A stretch of 64,000 nt of DNA from Octopus sinensis (lineage: Eukaryota). The stretch lies in the NCBI RefSeq assembly GCF_006345805.1, contig NC_043014.1:32488001-32552000 (forward strand), read 5' to 3'. Positions within the stretch are counted from its first letter, which is position 1. The number at the start of each line of letters is the position of its first letter. This document shows, in pieces, positions 52,601 to 64,000 of this stretch. The notes beneath the pieces were generated by a model. That model was not told the origin of the DNA and made no database searches. It was given only the letters and a program-made list of their open reading frames with translations. Position numbers and translations under genes: made by a program.

Positions 52601-54693
52601 ATGTTTCGTTATTGGCCACACAGGGTTGAACACAGGGGGGACAAAATACCAAGTAGAGCTTTTCTTTTTGGGAAGGAAAGAAAAAAATAGTGGGGTGTAG
52701 AATTTCAGTCAAAAGGGATTGTGTTAAAAAAAAAATCAATCAATAGGGATTGTGTGTCACAGAAGTGTCATAGTGTAAAATGGGAAACAGATTAGGTTTA
52801 TCTGCGGAAAGAAAAGCCTATGGAAAAGACCACAGTAACCTCAGGCAATAATGTCATGCAAAAAACACATTACAGTGACTCTCTTTTTTCCTTTCTTTTT
52901 CTGGTTCATAGGATTATGCTCAAGGTGGATCCGTCAGTCACACATGCCATCCTTGCTACTTTCACCCATCTTTTTTTGAAACATTCCCTAGACAAAACTT
53001 CTCTCCCTACTCTCACCTTCCACTTCAAGTGATACTTGAAGAAGTTGATGGGAGATTCACCAGAGAGGAAAGTGTTTGTCTCTAGACCTTTCAGACGCAT
53101 CCACCATACACATTTTTTTGCCATAGCCACAAGTACGATGAAAATGGCTCTTCCTTCCCGTTTCAAGGAAGGAAGCATGACAATATTCACGATAGACTCA
53201 GTTGAGAAACTGACTCATCCCACACATGATAACAGTCATTCGACATAGGCCCACAGGTTGGAAATGATTGGACACTGTACGAGTGCATGCAGAACGGCTT
53301 TGTCGCTCTGACTGCATCTCGGGTAGGTCAGTCCCATATTTCTCGAGCCATGCCAGAAAAGCTTATCCCAAATGGGTAGTGCTTCTCAATAGCGCTGCCA
53401 GGCCTAGGATCTCTGGAAGTTGTTCATAGCCCAAAGGCCCAAAAGTCATCTTGAACAGGTGGGTCAGGTATTTCTCATCGATGCCCAGGTTAACCCCAAG
53501 ATCATTATCATACCTCCCTTCCACTAATCCCCTATACAATGCTTTGGTTGTGTTACGGCAGCACAAGGTGAACCTGGGATGGCATATCTGCTCGAGAGCA
53601 ACGCGACACTCGTGGTGCCATTTGCCCTTCGTTGGCCTCTTTTTGATCCATGACTGTATTTCCATCATGGCGACAAGCTACAGGAAAGCACATCTCAGTA
53701 ACAGTGACCACACCTGTTCACCGGAGATGTCACAATTTCAGTGCGTGTCAGTGCATCATCAACCATGGCATGCCCAGCCCTCCTTTTAATGGCTGTTGGC
53801 AGAAAATGGATTACCTGACCATCAGAACGTGTCCTTTTCACAAGAAGCAGGGTGGTCACTCTCACCCATTGCTGTGGGAGAGTGACCACCCTACTCATTA
53901 TATCATTCCAGTTCTTCTCCATTTGGAGGTCTGGACCAAACCCGACCCTGAGCAACTCGACCATGGATGGCATGGGCTTGCTTCTCCAGGTGCTGAGCTG
54001 CAAACTCACTGACTTTTCCCAGTTGATTTTAGCTCCTATTACCGCTTCATAGTCTTTCTGTGTCTCACCGACCATCTTGATGTGCTCCTGGTTAGACACT
54101 ATGATAGTGACATCGTCCATGTATGCAGAAACACTCATCCCACATCCCAATTCCCGCGGGATACCCCTCAGCATCACCAGCTTCCTCAGTAGTGGCTCGA
54201 GAGTCAATATGTACAGAAGCAACAAGAGGGGGCATCCCTGACAGACTGAGCATGCAATGTCGAAAGGTCTCAATAGATGTCCATTCACATGAATTACCAA
54301 ACGGATGCCTCTGTACAAGGCAGCTATCCAGCTGTGGAAGACAGGACCATAACCAGCCGCTATGAGAACAGCCTCCAAGTATCGGTGGTCTACCCTATCA
54401 AAAGCTTTTGAGTGATCCAAATTGATCAGTGCCCCACCCAAGCCAGGTCCTTTAACTACCCTGTCTATGATGTAGCACATCAGATAGAGGTTGTTATGGA
54501 TGCTCCGGCCTGGCACGGTGCACGTTTGCACCCTGTTGACCAGTTCTTCAATAACAAGTGCCAACCTCTTGGCTAACACCTTGGCCAAAATGTTCAAATC
54601 TGCACTGAGTGGGCCTAAAGTTATCTATCATGCCCCCCTTGTTTGGATTTTTCTTCAGCAGCATTACAGCTCCTCGGCTCACAAAACCAAGGT
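52601..54693 (-). mobile_element. 5'-truncated, decayed Tx1-clade retrotransposon related to the 24001-29862 element
   Basis: RT motifs NLDHSKAFDRVDHRYL, VCQGCPL, AYMDDVTI. Colinear with ORF2 and the 3' end of the first element (ccacacaggg..aacacag at the 3' end of both). Flanked by (GATA)n at 52544-52600 and 54694-54770. Confidence 0.92.
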
Positions 54694-54764
<71 letters not shown>

Positions 54765-55315
54765 GGATGGATGGATGGATGGATAGACATACAGAGAGAA
54801 AAAGTGAGAGAGAAAAAAGGGAGTAAGTGAGAGAGGGAAAGAGAGCAATCTTCTCCATCTCTTTCCCATACTCAGACAAAACAGGGCAAGATCTGTAACA
54901 TAACAACCTACACACACTTCATGACAGTTGAACCTTTCTTTCCCCATAGTTCTAATTCATCATGCATAACCTTGATCAAAACAAACAATAATATAACACA
55001 GCTTATGTTTTGTTAGTTTCATTTCTGTTTGTTATTTTGTATATTTTTACTGAACAGAAGATATATCTATTGATAAGTAATCAGTATGTTTATTTATTTA
55101 TTTATTTTGTTGCACTTTAATTTATTTTCTAGCCTTCACTTTGTTCAAACTAACTGCTGAGATGATTTTCGTTTTTTGTTATTATTTGCCATTGCTTGTT
55201 TTCTTTTGTTGACAAAGTCAAATTACTCTCAACACTATGTGTGTTCTTTTTATCTTCTGCATTTCATTTCATGTTTCATCTCTGCTCATCTTCAGGTGTA
55301 ATATATTTACACACA

Positions 55316-55358
<43 letters not shown>

Positions 55359-55493
55359 CACAAATACACCCAATTTATATATATGTATATATACATATAT
55401 ATATACATACATATATATACATATATATCATATATATGTATATGTGTATATATATATACACACATATATATGTATGTATATGTATATATATAT

Positions 55494-55526
<33 letters not shown>

Positions 55527-55604
55527 GGTACCCACACATACATATGCACAAACATATACATGTACATACACATATACATATGAACACATGGATAGCTAGC
55601 TAGC

Positions 55605-55685
<81 letters not shown>

Positions 55686-55866
55686 TCAATCAGGATTGTA
55701 TAGTTAAGAAGTTTTCTTTCCAGCTGGATGGTTTGGGGGTTCAGTCCCACTGTATAACACTTTGGGCAAGAGTCTTCTACAACAGCCCCATGCAACCATG
55801 TATGTATCTGTGTACGCTTGCATATATGTATCTATGTATGTTTGTGTATATGTGTGTACGTATGTA

Positions 55867-56215
55867 CGAGGACTACCCAAAAGTAACCAGAAATGTTCTC
55901 CGTGGGGCAAACCTGTTGTAGTTCTGGCTTCCTCCACTAAAACCCACTTGATGCAATCCCCAGGCATCAGCCTGCCAACCAGCAGCATCGAGTTAAGTCA
56001 TACTGTCACATTGTATGTCTTTGTTTTGCAGTGCTTCTCCTATGTTCATAGATTTTTACAATGGCTGAAATGAAGGAAATGTGTGCTTCCATGAAATTCT
56101 GTTTTTCGCAGGGGAGATTGTCAGGCAGTGTATAAGAAATAACTCAGAAGTGTGTGCCAAATGTTAATGGCATTCTCATGCTGAAAAGAAGGGGAACATA
56201 TAAGTACTAAAGTGA
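55867..56215 (+). mobile_element. Mariner-like left end / 5' fragment
   Basis: TA + cgaggactacccaaaagtaacc terminus and an MKFCF-like N-terminal remnant. Right boundary uncertain. Confidence 0.5.
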
Positions 56216-56460
56216 GAAGCTTGAATGAAAGGAATGGGTGAGAAAGAAATACTCAGACACAGACAGATCTAACAGAGTGATTAACCATCCAAGTTGACAG
56301 TAATATGGTCAAAAGAGTGATTAATGATATGAACTATATAAAGGTAAGGCATAACATGGATATGTATAACCATTTAGCCATACTGAGATATGAATGTTTT
56401 CACTTACAAACACACACATATATGTATATACATGCTCTCTGTGTGTTTATGTGTTTGTGT

Positions 56461-56508
<48 letters not shown>

Positions 56509-56650
56509 TGTGTGTAGCAGATTAAGTCAAAAGACTTTTTGGGATTTTCTTGAATGATTTTTAGCAACTCTTATCTCCATGTTATATCATTAATTGGATA
56601 AAAAAATTGTTGTCCAATCGTTGCTGAATAGTTTATTTTTTATTTTGATA

Positions 56651-57075
56651 AAGGGAGTGCTGAAAAGTTCCTGGTTTTGGGTAAAAGAAAATACAGGAGG
56701 ATCAGTTAATTGTGATTTTATTCAATATATTCCCCTGTCAGATTCACTCATTGATTGCTGCAGTCCTTCAGCTTTTCTAAGCCCTGTAAAAGAACTCGGA
56801 AGGTTGGGCCTCCAACCAACCATTTTGTAATACCCTTCAGCACCCTCATATATATATGTGAGTGGGTGCTGGAAAATTCTTGGCTTTAGGTAAGAGAAAA
56901 TACAGGAATGTTAGTTAATTATGATTTTATTCAATATATTTCCCTCTCAGATTTACACACTTATTAAGTGGTCCTTTAGTTTTTCTAAGCCCTGTAAAAG
57001 AACTCAGAAGGTTGGTCCTCCAACCAGCCCTATTGCAATATCCTTAAAGTCAGAAACTTTTCAGCACCAACCTCG
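56651..57075. mobile_element. Two tandem ~200-bp mariner-type MITEs
   Basis: Both copies start (g)ggtgctg(a/g)aaa(g/a)ttc and end tcagcacc..ctc. They share the internal ccctgtaaaagaactc.gaaggttgg and are separated by TA repeats. Confidence 0.75.
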
Positions 57076-57094
57076 TTTATTCCTTACTTTACAG

Positions 57095-57300
57095 CTTTGA
57101 TAATGAGTGGTGAAAAAATTGCAATTAGAGTCATTTTACATAACCTGTGGGGGAAAAAAATAGGGACTGAATGCATGAGCAACAGCAACAGAAATTAATG
57201 AGGTGGAAGGACCAGGAACAGTCAATGAATGTGTGACACAAAACTGTGTCACAGATACTTCAAGGAAGTTGACTCTGCCTCAAACACAAACCAAGGACAG
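57095..57300 (+). pseudogene. Mariner transposase N-terminal remnant
   Basis: EINEVEGPGTVNECVTQN resembles the mariner HTH segment preceding the 'WF.RF' motif. Confidence 0.5.
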
Positions 57301-58099
57301 TGCAGCTTTGTGTTGCCCCACACAAACTATTTCCACTTTAAGTAAATCAGTCTGGGTTGTCCAAGGATTTTGCTTACTCCACTTTTTGTCAAGATCATCC
57401 TGAAAAAGGAAAAGAAAAGGAGGAAAAAGTAAAATTCTTCAGCCGTCATGCAACAAATATGACAATGGAGTCTATCATATAAATATGTGTGTGTGTGTAT
57501 TTATATAAGGTAAGCAGAGTTAGTGGTTGGAATAACTGTCTAAGGGATAAGAATATCCATTCTTACTACCGGTATCATTTACCTGTGCTATCCCTAGGCA
57601 TGGGTATGCAGGTACACTATGCTCATAGAGTACAAGTAATAACTGAATAAACAAAAGTTTATCAGGAATAAAATTTAAATTATTTATATATATGTGTGTG
57701 TGTGTGTATAAATTAGAGAAGAACCACCACATAGCAATTCAACAATGATATACTCTAATTTATATACATGTATTATATATTATGAAATTTGATTTAGTAT
57801 TACTAAACTGAATTTTTCCCTGTAAGTTTGGAATCATATTCCCTAATATTATTATCATTATAGATATGTATATATATATATAAGATAAGGAAATACAGAG
57901 GTAATTAATAAATTATTATTTATTAATTAAAAAATTGACAAACACCCCTTACAGCTGTTTCAATTCAAGACCTCCAGAAAATTGATTGATAAAATTTTAA
58001 ATTATTTGAAAGTTGAATTTCATCAGAGGTAGTTTAAGATATACAAAATAGGCGTTCAATTCCTACATATATAAAGCTTGAACGAAATGAATCTAGAAT

Positions 58100-58595
58100 T
58101 CTCTGTTGGGTGTGTAATGTCAGTGTGCATGTATGACTGAGTGTCAGCATCTTAAGAGAAAAATTGAGCATAAGAAACATCAGACGTGGTGTGCAAGAAA
58201 GATGTCTGCACTGGCATGGTCATGTGATGTGTATGGATGAGGACAGCTGCATAAAGAAGTATTGATCTCTTACTGTGAAGGAAACCTGTGGAAGAGGTAG
58301 ACTCAGGAAGTCATGAGATGAAGTGGTGAAGCATGATTTTTGAATGTTGAGTCTCCCAGAGGTGATGACAAGTGATTGTAACCTTTGGTAATTTGCTGTG
58401 CTTGAGAAGACTTGTCAAGCTGAGTGAAATGGCTGCAGCTGGTGCCAATGACATGTAACAACTACCATGCTGGTGACATGTAAAAGGCACCCATTACACT
58501 CTCAGAGTGGTTGGCGTTAGGAAGGGTGTCGGCCCATAGAAACGAAGCCAAATTTAGACTGGAACCTGGTGCAGCTCTCCAGCTTACCATTTCCA
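58100..58595 (+). mobile_element. Decayed RTE 3' fragment
   Basis: Matches the RTE C-terminus (CNVSVH, WHGHVM, TCGRGRLRK) and part of the tail (cactctcagagtggttggcgttaggaaggg). Confidence 0.75.
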
Positions 58596-58597
58596 TT

Positions 58598-58933
58598 ACG
58601 ATTTTTTCATAATTTCATTCACAAGATGAGATTATGAAGCTCCTGAAATGTTAATGTTAATTTTCCAATCAAAACACAAGGGCTAATTTGGAAATATGAA
58701 ATACGGAAAATCATTACTGAAAAAAAAATTAAACTTTTGTGCAGCTGTGTCTACAGTCTAACAAGTATATATATTTGTAGACACAGCTGCACAAAAGTTT
58801 AATTTTTTTTTCAGTAATGATTTTCCGTATTTCATATTTCCAAATTAGCCCTTGTGTTTTGATTGGAAAATTAACATTAACATTTCAGGAGCTTCATAAT
58901 CTCATCGTGTGAATGAAATTATGAAAAAATTGT
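58598..58933. repeat. Near-perfect palindrome, 158-bp arms, 20-nt loop
   Basis: 58598-58755 vs 58776-58933; two mismatches seen. Confidence 0.95.
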
Positions 58934-59163
58934 CAATTTAAATCATGTCTTGTAATAGGCAGCAAGGAATCGTTAGAATTATACTCCAACTGATGAAATT
59001 ACAATCATTGGGTTTACAATTGTTTAATGGTTAATATGTTACTGTCATCCTTTCATTAAGGAGATGAAATTGAGTAGGCCTTTATTTGATGTAACAAATG
59101 TTATTGTTTCAAATTAAACATATGATGTTAATAATAAATAAATTTAAAGAATAATAAATTTTA

Positions 59164-59283
59164 AACTACGACCATATCACGTTGAAAGCACCGGTTTTCG
59201 TCCGATCATCGAAGTTAAGCAACGTTGAGCTTAGTTAGTACTTAGAATGGTGACCACTTGGGAAACCTAGGTGCTGTAAGCAT
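59164..59283 (+). rRNA. 5S: 5S rRNA copy, probably a pseudogene
   Basis: 120 nt matching the metazoan 5S pattern (ctacgaccatatcacgttgaaagcaccggtt..cgtccgatc..gaagttaagcaacgt..gttagtactt..gtgacc..tggga..gtgctgtaagc). Single copy, no oligo-T terminator, several CpG-type changes. Confidence 0.9.
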
Positions 59284-59294
59284 CACACACTTTA

Positions 59295-59461
59295 TAGGTG
59301 TAGGAGTGGCTGTGTGGTAAGTAGCTTGTTTACCAACCACACGGTTCTGGGTTCAATCTCACTACGTTGCACCTTCGGCGAGTGTCTTCTACTATAGCTT
59401 TGGGCCGACCAAAGCCTTGTGAGTGGATTTGGTAGATGGAAACTGAAAGAATCCCGTCGTA

Positions 59462-59513
<52 letters not shown>

Positions 59514-59732
59514 CGTGAGTGAGTATATGTTTGTGTGTCTGTGTTTGTCCCCCCCAACATCACTTGACAACCAAGGCTGATGTGTTTATGTCTCCATAAC
59601 TTAGTGGTTCAGCAAAAGAGACTGATAGAATAAGTACTAGGCTTACAAAGAATAAGACCTGGGGTCGATGTGCTCGACTAAAGGTGGTGCTCCAGCATGG
59701 CTGCAGTCAAATGACTGAAACAAGTAAAAGAG
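59295..59732 (+). mobile_element. SINE family A directly downstream of the 5S copy
   Basis: Full-length copy. Confidence 0.85.
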
Positions 59733-59849
59733 TTAGTTGCAAAGGAATCAAATAATTTATAACATAGTTTTAGAAATGAGTATAAAAATATATGAATTTA
59801 GCAGAAAGACTGGAGAATTAGGTAAGTAAATGTTCATAGTAATTCTTCA

Positions 59850-60175
59850 CAAATGACCATGGGGTTACACCTAGAAAGTTCCCCTTGAAAGCACAAGTTT
59901 GGACAAGGCTGTTGGTGGAAGACCAGCAGTCGCCCATGCATATCAGCCTCCCCCTCTCCACACCACTGATGTTATCCAAGGGAAAGGCAAGGGCTAAAAT
60001 ATCTTGGCACCAGTGACATTGCAACACACTTTTACAGCTGAGTGAACTGGAGCAACACGAAATAAAAATTGTCTTGCTCAAGAACACAACACGCAACCAC
60101 ATCCAGGAATCGAACTCACGACCTCACAATTGCAACCCCAACACTAACCCACTGATCTATGCACCTTCATAGCAT
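59850..60175 (-). mobile_element. SINE family E (tRNA-like head; central ccatggg..cacctag..gaagaccagcagt)
   Basis: Second copy at ~16720-17010. Confidence 0.72.
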
Positions 60176-61155
60176 TCCCCCTCCTCTTCCTCCTCCTCAT
60201 CATCATCATTTAACATCCCCCTTCCATGCTGGCATGGGTTGGACGGTTTTACAGGAGCTGGCCAAGAGCTGTGTCTGTTTCAGCATGGTTTTTATGACTA
60301 GATGCCTTTCCTAACACCAACCACTCCGCAGAGTGGGCTGAGTGCTTTTCACAGAGTGGTTGGTGTTAGGAAGAACATTCAGTCATAAAAACTATGTTGG
60401 ATGCCCTCACAGAAAGGCATAAATCCCAAAAGTTCATACTGCAATGTCACTGATGAGATAGAAGAGAATTCATGAAGTCCTTCGTATAAGTCCAACCTGG
60501 ACAGATAAGATAAGATCCCAGGGAATCATAACTTAAACCTCACAAGTAAACTAGTGCTGATTCACAAACACTCACCAGCAATAATCTACTTTATGTACAT
60601 GAACACACAATGCATATTACTGCTTCCTCTGAACACTTAACCCCAAGAAACAGCTGTGTAGGATTACCTGCATTCTCCACTTTCTTACTGACAGAATAAT
60701 TACATACATGTGATATAAAGACAGCAGTAGAATAAAAGAAATCCAACAACTATATTAGTAATAAAGCCATTATTTTGTTTTCATTTTTTCCTTTTTATTG
60801 ATTGCATTTAGATAAAGACTATTTTGGGATTACCAATAAAGAGATGCACCCAAACTTTTTTTGCCAATTTGCAAAATTTACTTCAATTCTGGGAAAATAA
60901 TGCAATTGTCATTACAAAAACAACTTTCATGTTTACGTTCATAAACACAAACATCAAGAGGCATGTAACACCAACATGAAATACAATTGGTGATAATTCT
61001 TTCCTCTTCTGTGCATCAATATTTACTCTCTATCTGTTTTGTTTTTCATTTCAGAAAATACTTCCTTCAGTATTACATACATACATGCATACATACATAC
61101 ATACATACATACATACATACATACATACATACATACATACATACATGCATACATA

Positions 61156-61666
61156 CCGTAAATCTTCGAGTATAGTCCGCCCTTGAGTATAATACACAGG
61201 GGATTCTTAGGGGGCTGTACTTCTGAAAAACCTAAATCTTGTGTATAATACGCACCCCTTCTCTAACTTGAGTCAAGGAGGTCTATATAACGTCCTTGGT
61301 TTCTAAAAGTGTATATGGTAACGTCCTTTATTATTATTGTATATATAACATAATGCAAATGTGTAGCTTTTTTGTGTAATTTGTTTGCAGAAAATAAAGA
61401 AATAACAGTAATAACGTTTAATAAATGTTGCTTACTGCAAGTTATGGATGATTCTTTTATGACTTCATTGCTATCAGGTTAGCTTAAGGTATTTTCGCAC
61501 CCTACATCACAAAATGCATCTGAATAAACATTGCCGGACAGCAAATAGAGACTCGGACATTGCTTAGAAAATATTTTTCATTTTTAACCTCGTATATAGT
61601 ATGCACTAGGGATTTTGACCTTTAAATTTTGGGGGGAAAATGCGGACTATACTCGAGGATTTACAG
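61156..61666. mobile_element. 511-bp TA-flanked MITE (pogo/Tigger-like termini) in a (CATA)n array
   Basis: TIRs ccgtaaatcttcgagtatagtccgc / gcggactatactcgaggatttacag. TA on both sides. Confidence 0.88.
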
Positions 61667-62250
61667 TACATACATACATGCAGACACTCACACACACACA
61701 TATCACCATCATCATCATCATCATCATTTAATATCCATTTTTCATGCTGGTATGGGTTGGACATTTTGACAGGAGCTGGCAAGCCATAGTTGCATCAGGC
61801 TCCAATTGTCTGTTTTGGCATGGTTTCTATGGTTGGATAGTGCCAACCACTTTACAGAGTGTGCTGAGTGCATTTTATGTAGTACAAGCATGAGGGCTTT
61901 ATATGTGGCTCCAACACTGGTTCTTTATACGTTGCACCAGCATACATTCTTCATTAACTGATTTTATTCTTTTAATAACGAGAAAAGTTACACAGCCCTC
62001 AAACTCCTTTTCCTTGAAAAAAATATGTATCTATACAAAGTTTTAGTCATCTAAGAGCAAATATATGGCCTTCAACATGAAAAGCACATAAACACATTGA
62101 CTCAGACATGCAGGAAGTAAATAGACAACTTTAATTTTCAAAATTTCTGATCTAAGTGTCTTAATATGTTTTCAGTGGTGTAGAATTTACAATGTAATTA
62201 TTCTTTTTCATTCCAGGTGCCATTATATTAAACATTTGCAAAGAGTAACC

Positions 62251-62544
62251 ATGCCATGCACGAAAAATTCAACACAACTATCAGATTTTCAAAGAGGTTG
62301 TATTGTAGGGCAATCTGAGGTTGGTCTTATCCAGCGAAAGATTGCCGAAAGTCTTCAAATTCCTCTTGCTACTGTTAATAGAATTATAGTGTAATTCAAA
62401 AGCCAAGGAAAAGAATCAACAGATTCTTGTCCCAGCCAACCTGGGCCCTCAGAAAGAAAGCTCCGCTGTTTGAAGAGAATTGTGGCAAACAAACCCCATT
62501 CGAAGGCTTCTGACATTGCAAAACAGCTAGAAGTTAGTTCAAGA
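62251..62544 (+). pseudogene. Tc1-like transposase N-terminal (paired-like HTH) fragment, cut by an RTE insertion
   Basis: MPCTKNSTQLSDFQRGCIVGQSEVGLIQRKIAESLQIPLATVNRII*FK...SERKLRCLKRIV. Confidence 0.78.
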
Positions 62545-63811
62545 ATGTGTGTTACATGCCTTTTACATGCCACCGGCATGGGAGCCAGTCATGTGGCACT
62601 GGCATCGACCACGCTCAAATGGTGCTTTTTATATGCCACTGGCATGGGGATCAGTCAAGTGACACTGGCAACAATCATGATCAAATGGTACTTTTAATAT
62701 TCCACTGGCACAGGTGCCACTTAGGTGGTACTGTCATTGGCCATGACAAAGATTTTACCTGCCTCAATAGGTCTTCACAAGTACCGTTTATTGCCTAGTG
62801 ATTGAAGGGTACTCTTAAATGGGCTAGTTATACTGCACTGGCATAGGCCATGATTACTGTCTCACTGAGCTTGCTGAGTCTTCTCAAGCACAGCATATCT
62901 CCAAAGGTCTCAGTCACTTATCATCTCCTCGGTGAGGCCCTATGTTCGAAGGTCATGCTTCACCACCTCATCCCAGGTCTTCCTGGGTCTACCTCTTCCA
63001 CAGGTTCCTTCTACTGCTAGGGTGTGACACTTTTTTTCACAGCTGTCCTCATCATATGCAACACATGACCATACCAGCTCAGTCATCTCTCTTGCACACC
63101 ACATCTGATGCTTCTTAAGTCCAACTCTCATGGCACTTACACTCTGTTGCGTATGCACACTGACATTACACATCCAGCAGAGCATACTGGCTTCATTCCT
63201 TTCAAGCTTACACATGTCCTCAGCATTCACAGCCACTGTTTCACTGCTATGTAGCACGGCTGTTTGCACACATGCATCATACAATCTATCTTTTACTCTG
63301 AGCGAGAGGCCCTTTGTCACCAAGGGAGGTAGGACCTCTCTGAACTTTGTCCAGGCTATTCTTATTCTAGCAGCTACACTTTCAGAGCATCCACCTCTGC
63401 AACTGACTTGGCCACCTAGGCAACAGAATCTTTCAACTACTTCTATTTTTTCCCCTGGAATGTGACAGGAGCTATTTTCTGCACATTTTCAGTGTTTATT
63501 GCTCCTGAGCATTTGCCACACACAAAAGCTATCTTCCCAGTTAGCCTTCTTTTGATATTGCCTCACCTCTTATGTGTCCATAGCTTACACTGTGTACATC
63601 TTATAGAGTTTCTACCTACACATTTTCTATAGATTGAGCAAGGCCATCAACCTGAAGGTATTTGTGGTTTGTCTGCCTTCCTACTTATTAAGACTTTGGT
63701 TTTTGCTAGATTGACTCTGAGGCCCTTAGATTCTAGACCTTGCTTCCACACCTGAAACCTCTCCTCTAGTTCTGATAGTGACTCAGCTATTAGAGCTAGG
63801 TCATCAGCATA
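62545..63811 (-). mobile_element. Decayed 5'-truncated RTE LINE
   Basis: Starts at YADDLALIAES. Contains VTKGLSLRVKDRLYDACVQTAVLHS and GRGRPRKTWDEVVKHDLRT, followed by an RTE-like 3' UTR. Confidence 0.88.
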
Positions 63812-64000
63812 TACATATATATATTTATGTTTGTGTCTGTGTATGTCTGTGTTTATCCCCCACCATCACTTGACAACCGATGTTGGTGTGTTTATGTCCC
63901 CATAGCAGTTCAGCAAAGTGACTGACAGAATAAGTACTAGGCTTACAAAGAATAAGTCCTGGGGTTGATTTCTTCGACTGAAACCCTTTAAGACAATACT

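Overview
AT-rich, microsatellite-saturated eukaryotic DNA whose SINE/LINE/MITE complement looks like an octopus (cephalopod) genome; this taxon call is an inference from repeat content. No host protein-coding exon could be recognised, so the window is probably intronic or intergenic. It contains: a near-full-length Tx1-clade (L1-like) non-LTR retrotransposon (24001-29862, minus) and a second, older, 5'-truncated relative (52601-54693, minus), each flanked on both sides by (GATA)n arrays in the same orientation; a young 5'-truncated RTE LINE with an open RT ORF carrying a PHD-type zinc finger, plus several decayed RTE copies; a complete but dead DD34D mariner and other Tc1/mariner remnants and MITEs; Helitron-like and Penelope-like pieces; at least four tRNA- or RTE-related SINE families; one 5S rRNA copy (probably a pseudogene); a ~1.5-2 kb local duplication next to a 100-N gap; and three long near-perfect palindromes. 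The strongest candidate for an undescribed system is a (GATA)n/(ATCT)n microsatellite-targeting Tx1 retrotransposon lineage. All identities and counts were estimated by eye.
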